The notes under the pieces are model-generated. The model ran no database searches. It was not told the DNA's origin and saw only the letters and a program-made list of their open reading frames with translations. From Anaerolineae bacterium (GTDB lineage: Bacteria; Chloroflexota; Anaerolineae; Anaerolineales; E44-bin32), in the NCBI GenBank assembly GCA_011192015.1, contig DUET01000025.1, positions 18,539 to 82,538 on the forward strand: 64,000 nt of DNA. The letters are read 5' to 3'. Position numbers and translations under genes: made by a program. Positions 1-9,405 of this stretch are shown piece after piece (the stretch's first letter is position 1; the number at the start of each line of letters is the position of its first letter).

Positions 1-78
1 GCGAATGCGCGAGACCTCGAACGGCAGGTACCATTCCCGGTCCCAATGGGTGTGGGGTACAAAGTGTATGGTGGACAT
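1..78 (-). CDS. N-terminal fragment of a GH38-like alpha-mannosidase / mannosylglycerate hydrolase; the gene body runs off the left edge
   Basis: A minus-strand ATG at 78 opens MSTIHFVPHTHWDREWYLPFEVSRIR. The H-x-H-W-D-R-E-W-Y motif is the typical GH38 N-terminal metal site (MngB-like). It is not in the ORF track because the window truncates it. Confidence 0.5.
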   Translation of the reverse strand, partial: MSTIHFVPHTHWDREWYLPFEVSRIR

Positions 79-160
79 GGGATTTAATAGGACCCTTTTT
101 CTGGATCGAGTCTACAGGTTGCGCACAGTTATCGCTGGACCTGTCAACAGCAGCATGCGG

Positions 161-1024
161 TTATGAATGCTCGCTTGGAGATCCAGAAGCAATGGGACGA
201 GAGCTGTCCGCGCACCATTCGGACCACGATCCTGCGTACAAACGCGTTCCGTGTATTCCAGCATGCTCCAGGGCCAGCATGTTGTGGCTTGCGGTGACAC
301 CCGAACCACAGTACACGATCACGTTCTCGGGTGCAGCCCCGGCGAGTTGCGTCTCGAATTCATCCTTGAGTATTTCCGAAGGCTTGAAGCGTCCTTCAGT
401 GTCCAGGTTATCCTGCCAAAACCGGTTGCGTGCTCCGGGAATGCGGCCTGCGACCGGATCCCGGGGTTCCTGCTCTCCCCGGTACCGCTCAGGAGAACGA
501 GAATCCAGCAGGAGTACATCGGCATCCTCGAGGTTCGCCAGAACCTGCTCAGCCTTTATGAGCATTCCGGGGCGGGGAGCAGGTTGGAAGGTACTCGATG
601 GTCGGTCCTCACGCCCCGACCGCATGGGAAAACCTTCACGTTTCCAGGCGTCGATACCACCGTCGAGCACGGCTGCGGCATCATGCCCCAGGAATCGCAA
701 GGACCACCATAATCGTGCTGCAAAGGGGCCTCCGGCATCGTCATAGGCGACGACTTGTGTGCTCTCGTTGATCCCTATTCGCGAGAACAGAGCGCTCATA
801 TCTTGGACGGAGGGAAGAGGATGACGCCCGTTGAAGCCATCCATCGGAGCGGTGAGGTCATGATCCAGGTCGACGTATACTGCGCCGGGAATGTGCGCCT
901 CATGATACGCACTTTGGCTCCAATCCGGCTTGTCCAAGTCGAAACGGCAATCTACGATCAGCCAATCGGGGTCATTGAGATGGTGTTGTAGATCTTGCAC
1001 GGAGATGAGCGTGGTGTATTCCAT
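161..1024 (-). CDS. Tandem-rhodanese sulfurtransferase (thiosulfate/3-mercaptopyruvate sulfurtransferase-like)
   Basis: 287 aa with a two-rhodanese-domain layout. The C-terminal active-site loop is CGSGVTA, followed by SWSEW; SseA/TST-like. Confidence 0.85.
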   Translation of the reverse strand: MEYTTLISVQDLQHHLNDPDWLIVDCRFDLDKPDWSQSAYHEAHIPGAVYVDLDHDLTAPMDGFNGRHPLPSVQDMSALFSRIGINESTQVVAYDDAGGPFAARLWWSLRFLGHDAAAVLDGGIDAWKREGFPMRSGREDRPSSTFQPAPRPGMLIKAEQVLANLEDADVLLLDSRSPERYRGEQEPRDPVAGRIPGARNRFWQDNLDTEGRFKPSEILKDEFETQLAGAAPENVIVYCGSGVTASHNMLALEHAGIHGTRLYAGSWSEWCADSSRPIASGSPSEHS

Positions 1025-1175
1025 GGAGATGATCCTGTTGTGATGAAATGTGTCGCTTTGGGTTCTGTAGATGCGTCGATCCCCTCGATACGCGCTACAA
1101 CGGATGTTGGATCCACCAGAATCTGCTTTATGGGTGAGATCCTTTCCTCATCCGGATGCAACTGGCAGCCCGATA

Positions 1176-1385
1176 TCATTCTTCGGTCTTGGGTTCTTCC
1201 TTCTTCCGGATTCTGGAAGCTTCCTGGCGGAGGCGTTCGAGTGAAACCCGATTCGTGTGGCGGCAGCGGTTGCATCGTACGTCGTAGTGTTTTCCACCCT
1301 CCTCTTCCAGGGCTTGCAAGACGAATGCAATCTCGTCCTGCTTGATGGACATGGTGGCACCGCATCGATAACATCTGACTTGCAT
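1176..1385 (-). CDS. Small zinc-ribbon protein of unknown function
   Basis: 69 aa with CxxC (CYRCG) and CxxC (CNRCR) pairs. A strong AGGAGGA lies 5 nt upstream of the ATG. The C-terminal tail is basic. Confidence 0.6.
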   Translation of the reverse strand: MQVRCYRCGATMSIKQDEIAFVLQALEEEGGKHYDVRCNRCRHTNRVSLERLRQEASRIRKKEEPKTEE

Positions 1386-1428
1386 ACGTATCCTCCTGTC
1401 CTGAATTCTACCTTGAAGTTCAGGACTC

Positions 1429-2370
1429 CTACGCGGAATTGCCTCGCAAACTCCGGCTTGAGGCCACGACGATCCCCGCTAGAATTAGCACACCACCGAC
1501 AAGCATCAAGGCGGTGGGTTGTTCCCCCAGCAGCAGGAAGGCAAGGATCGTCGATCCAATCGGTTCACCGAGAACAGTGATCGAGACATAGGCAGCCGAG
1601 AGATAGCGCAGCGCCCAATTATAGGTCGAGTGGGCGACGAGCTGCGGCAGCAAGGCCAGCATCAAGAACCAGAAGTAAGCTTCCGGTGCGTAGCCTAGGG
1701 GGGATTGTCCTGCGCCGAACATGATGCCGATCAGAACGATGGCGGCTGTGCCATAGGTCAGGTTGAGGTAAACCAGGAGGGGGATGTGCGGCCTGAGTTT
1801 CTTGCCGATGAGGATGTAGCCTGCACCTGCAAGAGCCCCCATGAGTGCAAGCAGATCGCCTTTGATGGCCGAACCGCGGACGAAATCAGCAAACGGGGGG
1901 CACTGTAATCCAGCCTGCCAGGTGCAGGCATCGCTGAGACCCACGATCACCGATCCGATCAGCGCCAAACCCAGGCCGATGCCGATCGTGGGCGTGAGTG
2001 ATTCACCCAGGATCCATGGTGCGAGCAGAGCTACGAAGAGCGGCATCATGGAGACCAGGACCACGGAACTGGCAACGGTCGTGTATTCGAGAGACGTGAT
2101 CCATGTGGCGAAGTGGATGGCCAGGAAAAATCCAGAGAGCATTGCCAACCAGATTTGCCGCCTGTTGAGATGGCGCAGGGCTGCACGCTGCTTGGTCAGC
2201 GTGAACGGTAAAAGGATCAGGGTTGCGATGCTCAGGCGGAATGCAGCGATGACCAACGAGGGAGCGAGTGCCTGCGCAAACCGGATGAAGATCGACGAAG
2301 TCGAGGCGGCAAAGAAGGCGACCAGGATGCCCAACAGGGGGTGGATGGCCGGACGAGGGTTTGATTCCAT
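1429..2370 (-). CDS. EamA/DMT-family transporter
   Basis: 313 aa, about 10 hydrophobic helices in two EamA-like halves. Confidence 0.8.
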   Translation of the reverse strand: MESNPRPAIHPLLGILVAFFAASTSSIFIRFAQALAPSLVIAAFRLSIATLILLPFTLTKQRAALRHLNRRQIWLAMLSGFFLAIHFATWITSLEYTTVASSVVLVSMMPLFVALLAPWILGESLTPTIGIGLGLALIGSVIVGLSDACTWQAGLQCPPFADFVRGSAIKGDLLALMGALAGAGYILIGKKLRPHIPLLVYLNLTYGTAAIVLIGIMFGAGQSPLGYAPEAYFWFLMLALLPQLVAHSTYNWALRYLSAAYVSITVLGEPIGSTILAFLLLGEQPTALMLVGGVLILAGIVVASSRSLRGNSA

Positions 2371-2408
2371 CGATTGCTACCTCATGCCGTTCTGAAAACG
2401 GTTCCAGC

Positions 2409-2438
2409 TTGACACATCTCGAATCAGCCGTCTACAAT
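2409..2438 (+). promoter_or_regulatory. Sigma-70-type promoter for the SOD gene
   Basis: TTGACA (2409-2414), an 18-nt spacer, then TACAAT (2433-2438). This implies a leader of roughly 120 nt before the ATG at 2563. Confidence 0.5.
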
Positions 2439-2562
2439 GAGAATCGATCGCCGGACATGTTCATGCCCATGGCGCCAGGAATGGATCGTAGTAGATTTGA
2501 ACTCCGTGGTCAACCTGAATCGCTATATTCCCAAGGACGCTGTAAAAGGAGGAGATCTAAAG

Positions 2563-3177
2563 ATGGCACATACACTTCCCCCATTGCCATACGCATACGA
2601 TGCGTTGGAGCCCCATTATGATGCCCAGACGCTGGAAATCCATCATGGCAAGCATCACGCGGCATACGTTCGGAACCTGAACACTGCCCTCGAGGGGCAT
2701 CCAGCGGAAATGGCCAAATCGATCGATGAACTGCTTGGAGACCTGGACGCTGTTCCTGAAGCGATCCGAACCGCTGTCCGAAACCATGGTGGTGGGCATG
2801 CCAATCATGCTCTTTTCTGGACGATCATGGCGCCGGGAGGAGGCGGAAAACCCTCAGGGAGCCTGGCCAAAGCGATCGACAAGGCGTTCGGTAGTTACGA
2901 TGAATTCAAGGACGAACTATCCCTCAGCGCAGCCAAGCAGTTCGGTAGCGGTTGGGCGTGGTTGGTGGTGGATGCATCGGAAGGATTGAAGATCCTTTCG
3001 ACCTCCAATCAGATCACACCGGTCTCTGTGGGTCAGAAGCCGTTGATCACGCTTGATGTTTGGGAACATGCTTATTATCTCAAATATCAAAACCGCCGAG
3101 CGGAATGGATCGCTGCCTGGTGGAACCTGGTCCATTGGGATGAGATAGCGAAACGCTACGAAGAAGCCATGTTCTAG
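2563..3177 (+). CDS. sod: Fe/Mn superoxide dismutase
   Basis: [18 protein letters not shown]..., HHGKHH, and [15 protein letters not shown] motifs. AGGAGGAG lies 8 nt upstream of ATG 2563. The track ORF start at 2437 falls in the leader. Confidence 0.95.
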   Translation: MAHTLPPLPYAYDALEPHYDAQTLEIHHGKHHAAYVRNLNTALEGHPAEMAKSIDELLGDLDAVPEAIRTAVRNHGGGHANHALFWTIMAPGGGGKPSGSLAKAIDKAFGSYDEFKDELSLSAAKQFGSGWAWLVVDASEGLKILSTSNQITPVSVGQKPLITLDVWEHAYYLKYQNRRAEWIAAWWNLVHWDEIAKRYEEAMF

Positions 3178-3219
3178 AATCACGTCATCCGGTCCAGCGA
3201 AGTGGAGGAGGATTGCACG

Positions 3220-3633
3220 ATGACTCACATCATCACAAGCCTGTGTCTGCGTGATTCCTCTTGCGTGGATGTGTGTCCTGTCGAGTGTATCGTGCCTGGT
3301 GAGCCGGTCGATGAATGGCCCTGGTTCTACGTCGATCCGGATACGTGTATCGATTGCGGAGCTTGTATCACCGAATGTCCGTTTGAAGCCATCTTTCCTG
3401 AAGAAGAGGTCCCGGCAGCCTTCGTGGCCAAGGCGGATCAGGTTCAAAGCATGCCCGAGGGCAGTTCTGGATTTGACCAGGCCTATGAGGGCGAAAACGA
3501 GCATGGAGTACCTGTGCATTTGAAGGCCACACGAGTGCTCGAAGAGGGTCAGGTGATCGATCTGACCGGTGATATACAGGCCAACTATGACTACTTCGCA
3601 TCAGGACCAGGTTACGCATCGATGGAGACTTGA
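3220..3633 (+). CDS. 4Fe-4S ferredoxin with a C-terminal extension
   Basis: MTHIITSLCLRDSSCVDVCPVECI and CIDCGACITECP cluster motifs. GGAGGAGGA sits upstream of ATG 3220. Confidence 0.85.
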   Translation: MTHIITSLCLRDSSCVDVCPVECIVPGEPVDEWPWFYVDPDTCIDCGACITECPFEAIFPEEEVPAAFVAKADQVQSMPEGSSGFDQAYEGENEHGVPVHLKATRVLEEGQVIDLTGDIQANYDYFASGPGYASMET

Positions 3634-3648
3634 TGGAGTTATGCGGAC

Positions 3649-3696
3649 AAAAAGCGGGTCTGTCCCCGAGCAGGGAACAGACCCGCCTTGCTTTTC
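3649..3696. terminator. Bidirectional intrinsic terminator between the convergent ferredoxin and ABC-2 permease genes
   Basis: Stem of 13 paired positions around one C/A mismatch (3654-3667 with 3673-3686) and a 5-nt loop. It is flanked by an A5 run on the left and CTTGCTTTT on the right. Confidence 0.75.
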
Positions 3697-3715
3697 GTGC
3701 GACAAACTGACCTGC

Positions 3716-4603
3716 TTAGGATGAACTCTCCATCGTTGAGGACGATTTGGGGAAAGTTCTCCTTCGATTCCGTCGGAAGGTATCGAGCAGGGACCAACTC
3801 CCTTCACCTGCAACGCGGATATCCCGTCTCTGGTATTGCCACCAAGAAAGCAAAACGAAGAGCAGCGCGAATCCCAACAGTCCAGCAACCCAATTCCAAT
3901 TCAAGCCATTGAGTGCATCTCCACCCTGGTAGTACTTCAGCGGTAGGAAATCCGCGATCGGTTGGAGATCCTCATTGATGCTCGCAAAACCGTTGATGAA
4001 GAAGCTTGCTACGAGCAGGATTCCCGTGACCATCGCCGCACTTCGTCGCGACGGGAGCAACATGCTCATCAGCAAAGCCAGAGAGGTAAAGAGAAGCAGG
4101 ATGGCCAGCAAGGAGAGAAACGGGAGGAACAATTCACCCCAATGGATCGAAAAGGACTCAGTCGTCAGGCTGGGGATCCCGATTCCGAGCCAGGCGATGA
4201 TGATGATGGATATCAATGTCAGAAAAACCGAAAGCACGCGACCAATAAAGAAGGAGGTGCGGCTCAAGGGGTAGCCCATGATGAGATCGAGCGTGCCGTT
4301 TTCTTCATCCCCTACGATCAACCCACTTCCAGCGATGATGCCATAGATCCCCAGGATGAGCGGCATGTACGAAAAATATTCAATGCCCAGGAAACCGGAG
4401 GGGGAGGCGATTTCCGAGAAATCCCCGAAGAAGGCAATGAGCTCGGGTGGGTACATCTCAAGGAGCTGGTTGAGCTGCTCCTGCTGATCGGCGAGAATGT
4501 CGAAGATCGGTATGATCATCAATCCGAGGGCAAACAAACCCAATCCCCAACCCAGGATTGCGCCACGTGAGCGGCGGAAGGTATGGCGGAAGATGGTGCC
4601 CAT
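3716..4603 (-). CDS. ABC-2 type transporter permease
   Basis: 295 aa, 6 predicted TM segments. Its start abuts the stop of the upstream ATPase gene. Confidence 0.75.
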   Translation of the reverse strand: MGTIFRHTFRRSRGAILGWGLGLFALGLMIIPIFDILADQQEQLNQLLEMYPPELIAFFGDFSEIASPSGFLGIEYFSYMPLILGIYGIIAGSGLIVGDEENGTLDLIMGYPLSRTSFFIGRVLSVFLTLISIIIIAWLGIGIPSLTTESFSIHWGELFLPFLSLLAILLLFTSLALLMSMLLPSRRSAAMVTGILLVASFFINGFASINEDLQPIADFLPLKYYQGGDALNGLNWNWVAGLLGFALLFVLLSWWQYQRRDIRVAGEGSWSLLDTFRRNRRRTFPKSSSTMESSS

Positions 4604-5518
4604 CTAGCTCACCTCCTCTTTCTCCGTTTCGTAGTACGTCATGAAGATCGATTCGAGCGATGGCCGCGTGGTTTGCATGTCGACGACGGGGTAGCTGCCG
4701 AGGGCTTTGATGAGTGTATCCATGTCGCCGGTGATCTGCAGTTCGACCGTGGTGTGATTATCCTGGCTGAGCAGCGAAACACCGGGAAGTTGGATCAAGG
4801 CTGAGATATCAACCGGCTCGCGGAACGTGATCAGGGCTCGACGTAGGGCACGTGTGAGCAATTCTGCGACGTCGACGACTTCGACCACCACGCCTTCGCG
4901 GATGATGTTTACCTGGTCGGCAACAGCTTCCACCTCGGTGATGTTGTGGGAGGAGAAGAATACCGTGGCGCCATCCGCTCGCGCTTCCTTGATGAGCCGC
5001 AGCACCTCACGCTGCATGAGGGGATCGAGGCCGCCGGTGGGCTCATCGAGCATCAGGATCTCCGGACGATGCATCATCGCCTGGATCACACCAACTTTCT
5101 TCTTGTTCCCGCTGGATAGATTCTTGATGGGGCGCTTGATATCGAGGTCGAATCGCTCCACGAGCTGCTCGATATAGCTCCATTCGGCCTGCTTTTGGCG
5201 CAATGCGTTGAAGAAGCGCAGCGCACCCTCAGCAGTCATGTTGTCGTCCAGGTGCAGCTCGCCGGGCAGGTAGCCTACCAGCGATCGCGCGGCAACGGGA
5301 TCGGCTTGAGGATCGATCCCGGCGACTTTGATCGTGCCTCCGTTGGGGCGGATCATGTCCAGCATGCAGCGGATGGTGGTCGTCTTACCCGCACCGTTGG
5401 GTCCCAGGAAGCCTGCGATGCTGCCACGCTTCACACTCAAATCAACTCCGAACAGGGCTTGAACTCTGCCGTAAGATTTGGTCAATGCTTGTGTATGAAT
5501 CGCGAGGGGTTCGGCCAT
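4604..5518 (-). CDS. ABC transporter ATP-binding protein (ABC-2/DrrA-like)
   Basis: Walker A GPNGAGKTT, signature LSSGNKKK, Walker B LMLDEP. AGGAGA lies upstream of the ATG at 5518 (MAEPLAIH...). Confidence 0.9.
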   Translation of the reverse strand: MAEPLAIHTQALTKSYGRVQALFGVDLSVKRGSIAGFLGPNGAGKTTTIRCMLDMIRPNGGTIKVAGIDPQADPVAARSLVGYLPGELHLDDNMTAEGALRFFNALRQKQAEWSYIEQLVERFDLDIKRPIKNLSSGNKKKVGVIQAMMHRPEILMLDEPTGGLDPLMQREVLRLIKEARADGATVFFSSHNITEVEAVADQVNIIREGVVVEVVDVAELLTRALRRALITFREPVDISALIQLPGVSLLSQDNHTTVELQITGDMDTLIKALGSYPVVDMQTTRPSLESIFMTYYETEKEEVS

Positions 5519-5777
5519 GGGTTTCTCCTTTGAATGCATGCAGGGGAGTGCGATGACCTTGAAAGTGATGATTAATTCCTTACCAACAAAAGGATTATAG
5601 CCAAACTGCACTGGCCCTCAACCCGCAACACCCGGACATCCATCTGACACTTGACTGCCCTCCCCGATTCCCAAGGGAAAGGGATCAGGAGGCATGGTGC
5701 CGACGGTGTTTGTGAAACCTTCAGCTGTGTGCGGGGTTTTACGATCTGAGCAGCACTATCGAAGGGAGATGGATTTC

Positions 5778-6443
5778 ATGCAGGTTCTGGCGAGGTTGGC
5801 TGTACTCGCAGCGACATATCTTCTTGGTTCACTGCCACTCGGTTTCCTGATCGTCAAAATCCTAACGGGCAAGGATGTGCGCAGGGAACACAGCGGACGC
5901 ACCGGCGGTACGAACGTCATGCGATCAGCTGGTTTTGCGGCGGGTTTTATCACAGCGGTGGGAGATGTCCTCAAAGGGGCTGCTGCGGTTTGGATTGCCA
6001 TGATCTTGGCTCCTGAGGTGTATTGGATGCATGCGGCAGCAGGTTTGTTGGTGATCCTGGGACACAACTATTCCATCTTTCTCATCGAGCGGGTGGATGG
6101 CAAGTGGAGATTGCGTGGGGGAGCTGGAGGAGGCCCATCCACGGGAGCCGCTCTGGGTCTCTGGCCCCCGAGCATCGCGATCATCATCCCCTTGGGACTC
6201 ATCATGCTCTTCGGAGTGGGATACGCATCGTTAGCAACGATCAGCGTAGGGCTGTTGGAGGTGGTGATCTTCAGCTTGAGAGCCATGCTCGGTATCGGTC
6301 CTTGGGAGTACGCAGGATTCGGCTTGCTTGCACTGGTGATCCTGCTGTGGAGTCTGCGGCCGAATATCAGTCGGTTGATAAGGGGCGAGGAACGCTTGGT
6401 TGGCTGGCGGGCGAAAGCCAACCAAGCCGACGAGCCCTCGTGA
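5778..6443 (+). CDS. plsY: Glycerol-3-phosphate acyltransferase PlsY
   Basis: YLLGSLPLGFLIVK, SGRTGGTNVMR, and GHNYSIFL motifs. The start was chosen at the ATG 9 nt after AAGGGAG. Confidence 0.85.
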   Translation: MQVLARLAVLAATYLLGSLPLGFLIVKILTGKDVRREHSGRTGGTNVMRSAGFAAGFITAVGDVLKGAAAVWIAMILAPEVYWMHAAAGLLVILGHNYSIFLIERVDGKWRLRGGAGGGPSTGAALGLWPPSIAIIIPLGLIMLFGVGYASLATISVGLLEVVIFSLRAMLGIGPWEYAGFGLLALVILLWSLRPNISRLIRGEERLVGWRAKANQADEPS

Positions 6444-6474
6444 AGATTCGCTCACAAGGGGTCCTGATAGGGAT

Positions 6475-6503
6475 GCATCCATTCTCATGAAGAGAATGGA
6501 TGC
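6475..6503. terminator. Hairpin between convergent plsY and a membrane-protein gene
   Basis: Perfect 12-bp stem GCATCCATTCTC / GAGAATGGATGC with a 5-nt loop. The flanks are only weakly T-rich. Confidence 0.5.
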
Positions 6504-6528
6504 TGCTTGTTGACGAGATGTTCTCCGA

Positions 6529-7344
6529 TCAGGTGGCGAAGACGATGACGATCAGGGAGAGAACGGTCAGAATGGCGAACTCCAGGGTTTTGCTTCTGGT
6601 GATGCCTTCCTTTTGATGGGCGATGATGAAACCCTCTCCGAGATAGGTCGCTAAACCCAGGACCATTGCCAGCTTGATGGCCGTGATGGGCCAATAGTGC
6701 AATCCCCAGGCTAATTCGGCGGTTACAAGACCGATGAGCAGCGCGTACTGCCACACGCGCACTCCCGGCAATCCCAGGCGCAACAACCTCCATGCAACGG
6801 CTGAGCTGCATAGCATCACGATCGGCACGCCGTAGACAGCGCGCATACCAACGGCGCGCACGGCAAACAAGGCTCCACTCAAGAGCAGATAGGCAAGGAT
6901 ACGCAGACCGAGCGCGGCCACGGCATAGCGAGGATCTGCCGGATCGAAAACGATGTATTCCGCCACCAGGACGGCGATCAGGAGTCCAGCTGCCAGGGCG
7001 AGGCCGATCCCCAATCCCACTCCCAAGGGAACACGTGCGAGGATGGCACCTAAACCCAGGGTGGCCAACCACGGCATCACCCAGTGTTCGAACGTGGATT
7101 GTTGAGTTCTGGCTTGTGGGTGGGATTGCATCAACCAGGCTGCGCCGGCACTGGTCAACCCGGCTGCAAGCGAGAGCATCACGAACTGCGTGTCGATTTC
7201 AAAACGAACCAGCAGCCCGAGGACGGAGAATTCGGTGAAGATCGTCGGCAGGACCACCAGGCGCGTAAGCGCATAGGATAGCAGAACCAGAGCGGCCATG
7301 ACGCTCAGATGATCGCGGTCGGGATTTGGGAGTTCGCGGTTCAC
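6529..7344 (-). CDS. Integral membrane protein, function unknown
   Basis: 271 aa, about 8 hydrophobic segments. I recognise no catalytic motif. Confidence 0.6.
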   Translation of the reverse strand: MNRELPNPDRDHLSVMAALVLLSYALTRLVVLPTIFTEFSVLGLLVRFEIDTQFVMLSLAAGLTSAGAAWLMQSHPQARTQQSTFEHWVMPWLATLGLGAILARVPLGVGLGIGLALAAGLLIAVLVAEYIVFDPADPRYAVAALGLRILAYLLLSGALFAVRAVGMRAVYGVPIVMLCSSAVAWRLLRLGLPGVRVWQYALLIGLVTAELAWGLHYWPITAIKLAMVLGLATYLGEGFIIAHQKEGITRSKTLEFAILTVLSLIVIVFAT

Positions 7345-7494
7345 GTGCGCATTCTAGCACAAGAGTCACAAACCCCAACTGCGCTATGAGCTTGCTGGTA
7401 TGGATCGATGGGTTGGTGCAGGCATCCATATAGGAGGAGAGATGGGGGGAGAACAAACGGGCGCGGAGTACAGAGCAACTGTATAATAGTCTCC

Positions 7495-8286
7495 ATGCTG
7501 CTACTCATCGGACTGCTTGGGTGGATCCTGGGCGGCGTGATCAATGCATTGGCCGACAGCCTTCCCCATCTTCGGAAACCGCGACTGCCGCGCTGCATAC
7601 ACTGTGGGGCGCAACGGACCCCGGCGGCTTGGCTGGGCATCACGGCATGGCCCTTGGGTGCCTGGCGATGCCCCGAATGCGAGAAACCGCGCGGACTACG
7701 GGCCGTGATTGTGGAAGGGATTGCCATTGCGGGCGCCGTGCTGCTCCATCTGTACGATCCATCGGCGATTTCCTTCTGGACTGGCCTGCTGGTGGGGTTT
7801 GTATTCTTGCTGATCACCGTGATCGATATCGAGCATCGCCTGATTCTGGAAGTGGTCTCGCTGCCCTCGATGGCAGTTTTCGGGATCATCGGGATCCTGA
7901 GGCCGGATTTTGGATGGTGGAAAACGCTGCTGGGTGGATTGGTGGGATTCGGCATCGTGCTCGGGCTCTTCTTCCTGGGAAGCTTTTTCGCACGATGGGT
8001 TGCGCTGAGGCGAGAGCAGGAATTGGATGAGGTTGCCTTCGGCTTCGGCGATGTTATGCTGGCTGGTTTGATCGGATTGATCGTTGGATGGCCGGGAGTG
8101 GTCGTTGCCATTTTGTTGGGTGTTTTCACCGCCGGCGCATTCAGTTTGATCTACATCCTGATCACGATACTGAGACGGCAATACTCGCCCTTCAGGGCCA
8201 TCCCCTACGGTCCGTTTCTCATTCTAGGAGCGGCGTTCATCTATTATGGTGGTGCAGAACTGCTGCAGGCTGCCTATGGATTGTAG
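7495..8286 (+). CDS. A24-family prepilin peptidase (PilD-like)
   Basis: CIHCG...CPECE cysteine pairs, then the FGFGDV and IPYGPFL aspartyl-protease motifs. TATAAT (7482-7487) lies 7 nt before the ATG and there is no Shine-Dalgarno (SD) sequence. Confidence 0.85.
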   Translation: MLLLIGLLGWILGGVINALADSLPHLRKPRLPRCIHCGAQRTPAAWLGITAWPLGAWRCPECEKPRGLRAVIVEGIAIAGAVLLHLYDPSAISFWTGLLVGFVFLLITVIDIEHRLILEVVSLPSMAVFGIIGILRPDFGWWKTLLGGLVGFGIVLGLFFLGSFFARWVALRREQELDEVAFGFGDVMLAGLIGLIVGWPGVVVAILLGVFTAGAFSLIYILITILRRQYSPFRAIPYGPFLILGAAFIYYGGAELLQAAYGL

Positions 8287-8428
8287 ACGTTCGATACGCT
8301 GATTGCGGCAGCGAGCAGAACATGCTGTGCTGAGGGAGCTATGGCGAAACCAGAATCCGCTCGGGAGAGAGCATTGTCGTAGTCACTGTCGAATACCTTG
8401 CGGATTGAAAGGCTTACCTGAATCAACA

Positions 8429-8454
8429 CGAGCTGGCAGATCTCCGCCAGCTCG
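8429..8454. terminator. Hairpin between the convergent prepilin peptidase and secF genes
   Basis: Perfect 9-bp stem CGAGCTGGC / GCCAGCTCG with an 8-nt loop. No clean U-tract. Confidence 0.35.
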
Positions 8455-8472
8455 CTGGTCTTCTGTGTCAGA

Positions 8473-9396
8473 TCAGCCTGAGGCTCTTGCTGGTTTTCTT
8501 CGGAACCATTGACGCCATTCCCGGTTCTCCCAAACCACCAGGATGGGAGCGGCGTTGAAGATCGAGGAATAGGTCCCGCTGAGCACTCCGATGAGGAGGA
8601 TGGTCACGAAGTGGCGAGTGGTCACTCCGCCGAGCAGGAGCAGAGCCAGCAACGTGAGCATAACGGTGAGCTGCGTATTGATCGAGCGATCCAGAGTCTG
8701 CACGATGGAGTGATTGACCAGCGTCTCGTAATCCAGTCGGCGATAGGTGCGTTGATTCTCGCGGATGCGATCGAAGACGACGATGGAATCGTGCACCGAG
8801 AAACCGATCACGGTGAGCAAGGCAGTCAGGAAGAGCGCGTCGACCTCCCAACCCAGGAAATGACCCAGGATCGCCTCCACGCCCACAACGACCGCCACAT
8901 CATGCAGCATGGCCAGGATGGCGGCAAAACCGTAGCGGAAGGCGTTGGGAACCTTGCGAAAGGCCCAGGTGATGTAGCCCAGGATTCCGATGGCTGCCAA
9001 TCCAACCGCGCCTGCAGCGCGCTCGGCTACTTCAGCACCGACGGAAGGTCCAACGGATTCGAAGCGCAGTTCCTCAATCGGGCCTCCGAAGCGCGCTTCC
9101 ATCTCATCCAGCAGCTCGTATTTTATCTCGTCATCGATCTCCTTGCTGCGAGCGAGGATCCCATCCTCTCCGGCACTCTGCACGATGGGATCTCCGATGT
9201 TGAATTCCTGGTACAGCGCTACAACATCTGCTGGCGGTGGAGCATCCCCAGAGAGGAAACGCACCTCGAGCAGGCTGCCTCCGGTGAAATCGATCGCCAG
9301 GGGCAATCCCCAGAGGATCAGGGCGATCAATCCCGGAATGATCACAAGAAGCGAGAAGCCGAAGTACCAGTAACGTCTGCCTACGATGTTCAGCAT
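8473..9396 (-). CDS. secF: Protein translocase subunit SecF
   Basis: 307 aa with typical SecF TM layout, immediately downstream of secD. Confidence 0.9.
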   Translation of the reverse strand: MLNIVGRRYWYFGFSLLVIIPGLIALILWGLPLAIDFTGGSLLEVRFLSGDAPPPADVVALYQEFNIGDPIVQSAGEDGILARSKEIDDEIKYELLDEMEARFGGPIEELRFESVGPSVGAEVAERAAGAVGLAAIGILGYITWAFRKVPNAFRYGFAAILAMLHDVAVVVGVEAILGHFLGWEVDALFLTALLTVIGFSVHDSIVVFDRIRENQRTYRRLDYETLVNHSIVQTLDRSINTQLTVMLTLLALLLLGGVTTRHFVTILLIGVLSGTYSSIFNAAPILVVWENREWRQWFRRKPARASG

Positions 9397-9405
9397 GATG
9401 CGCTC

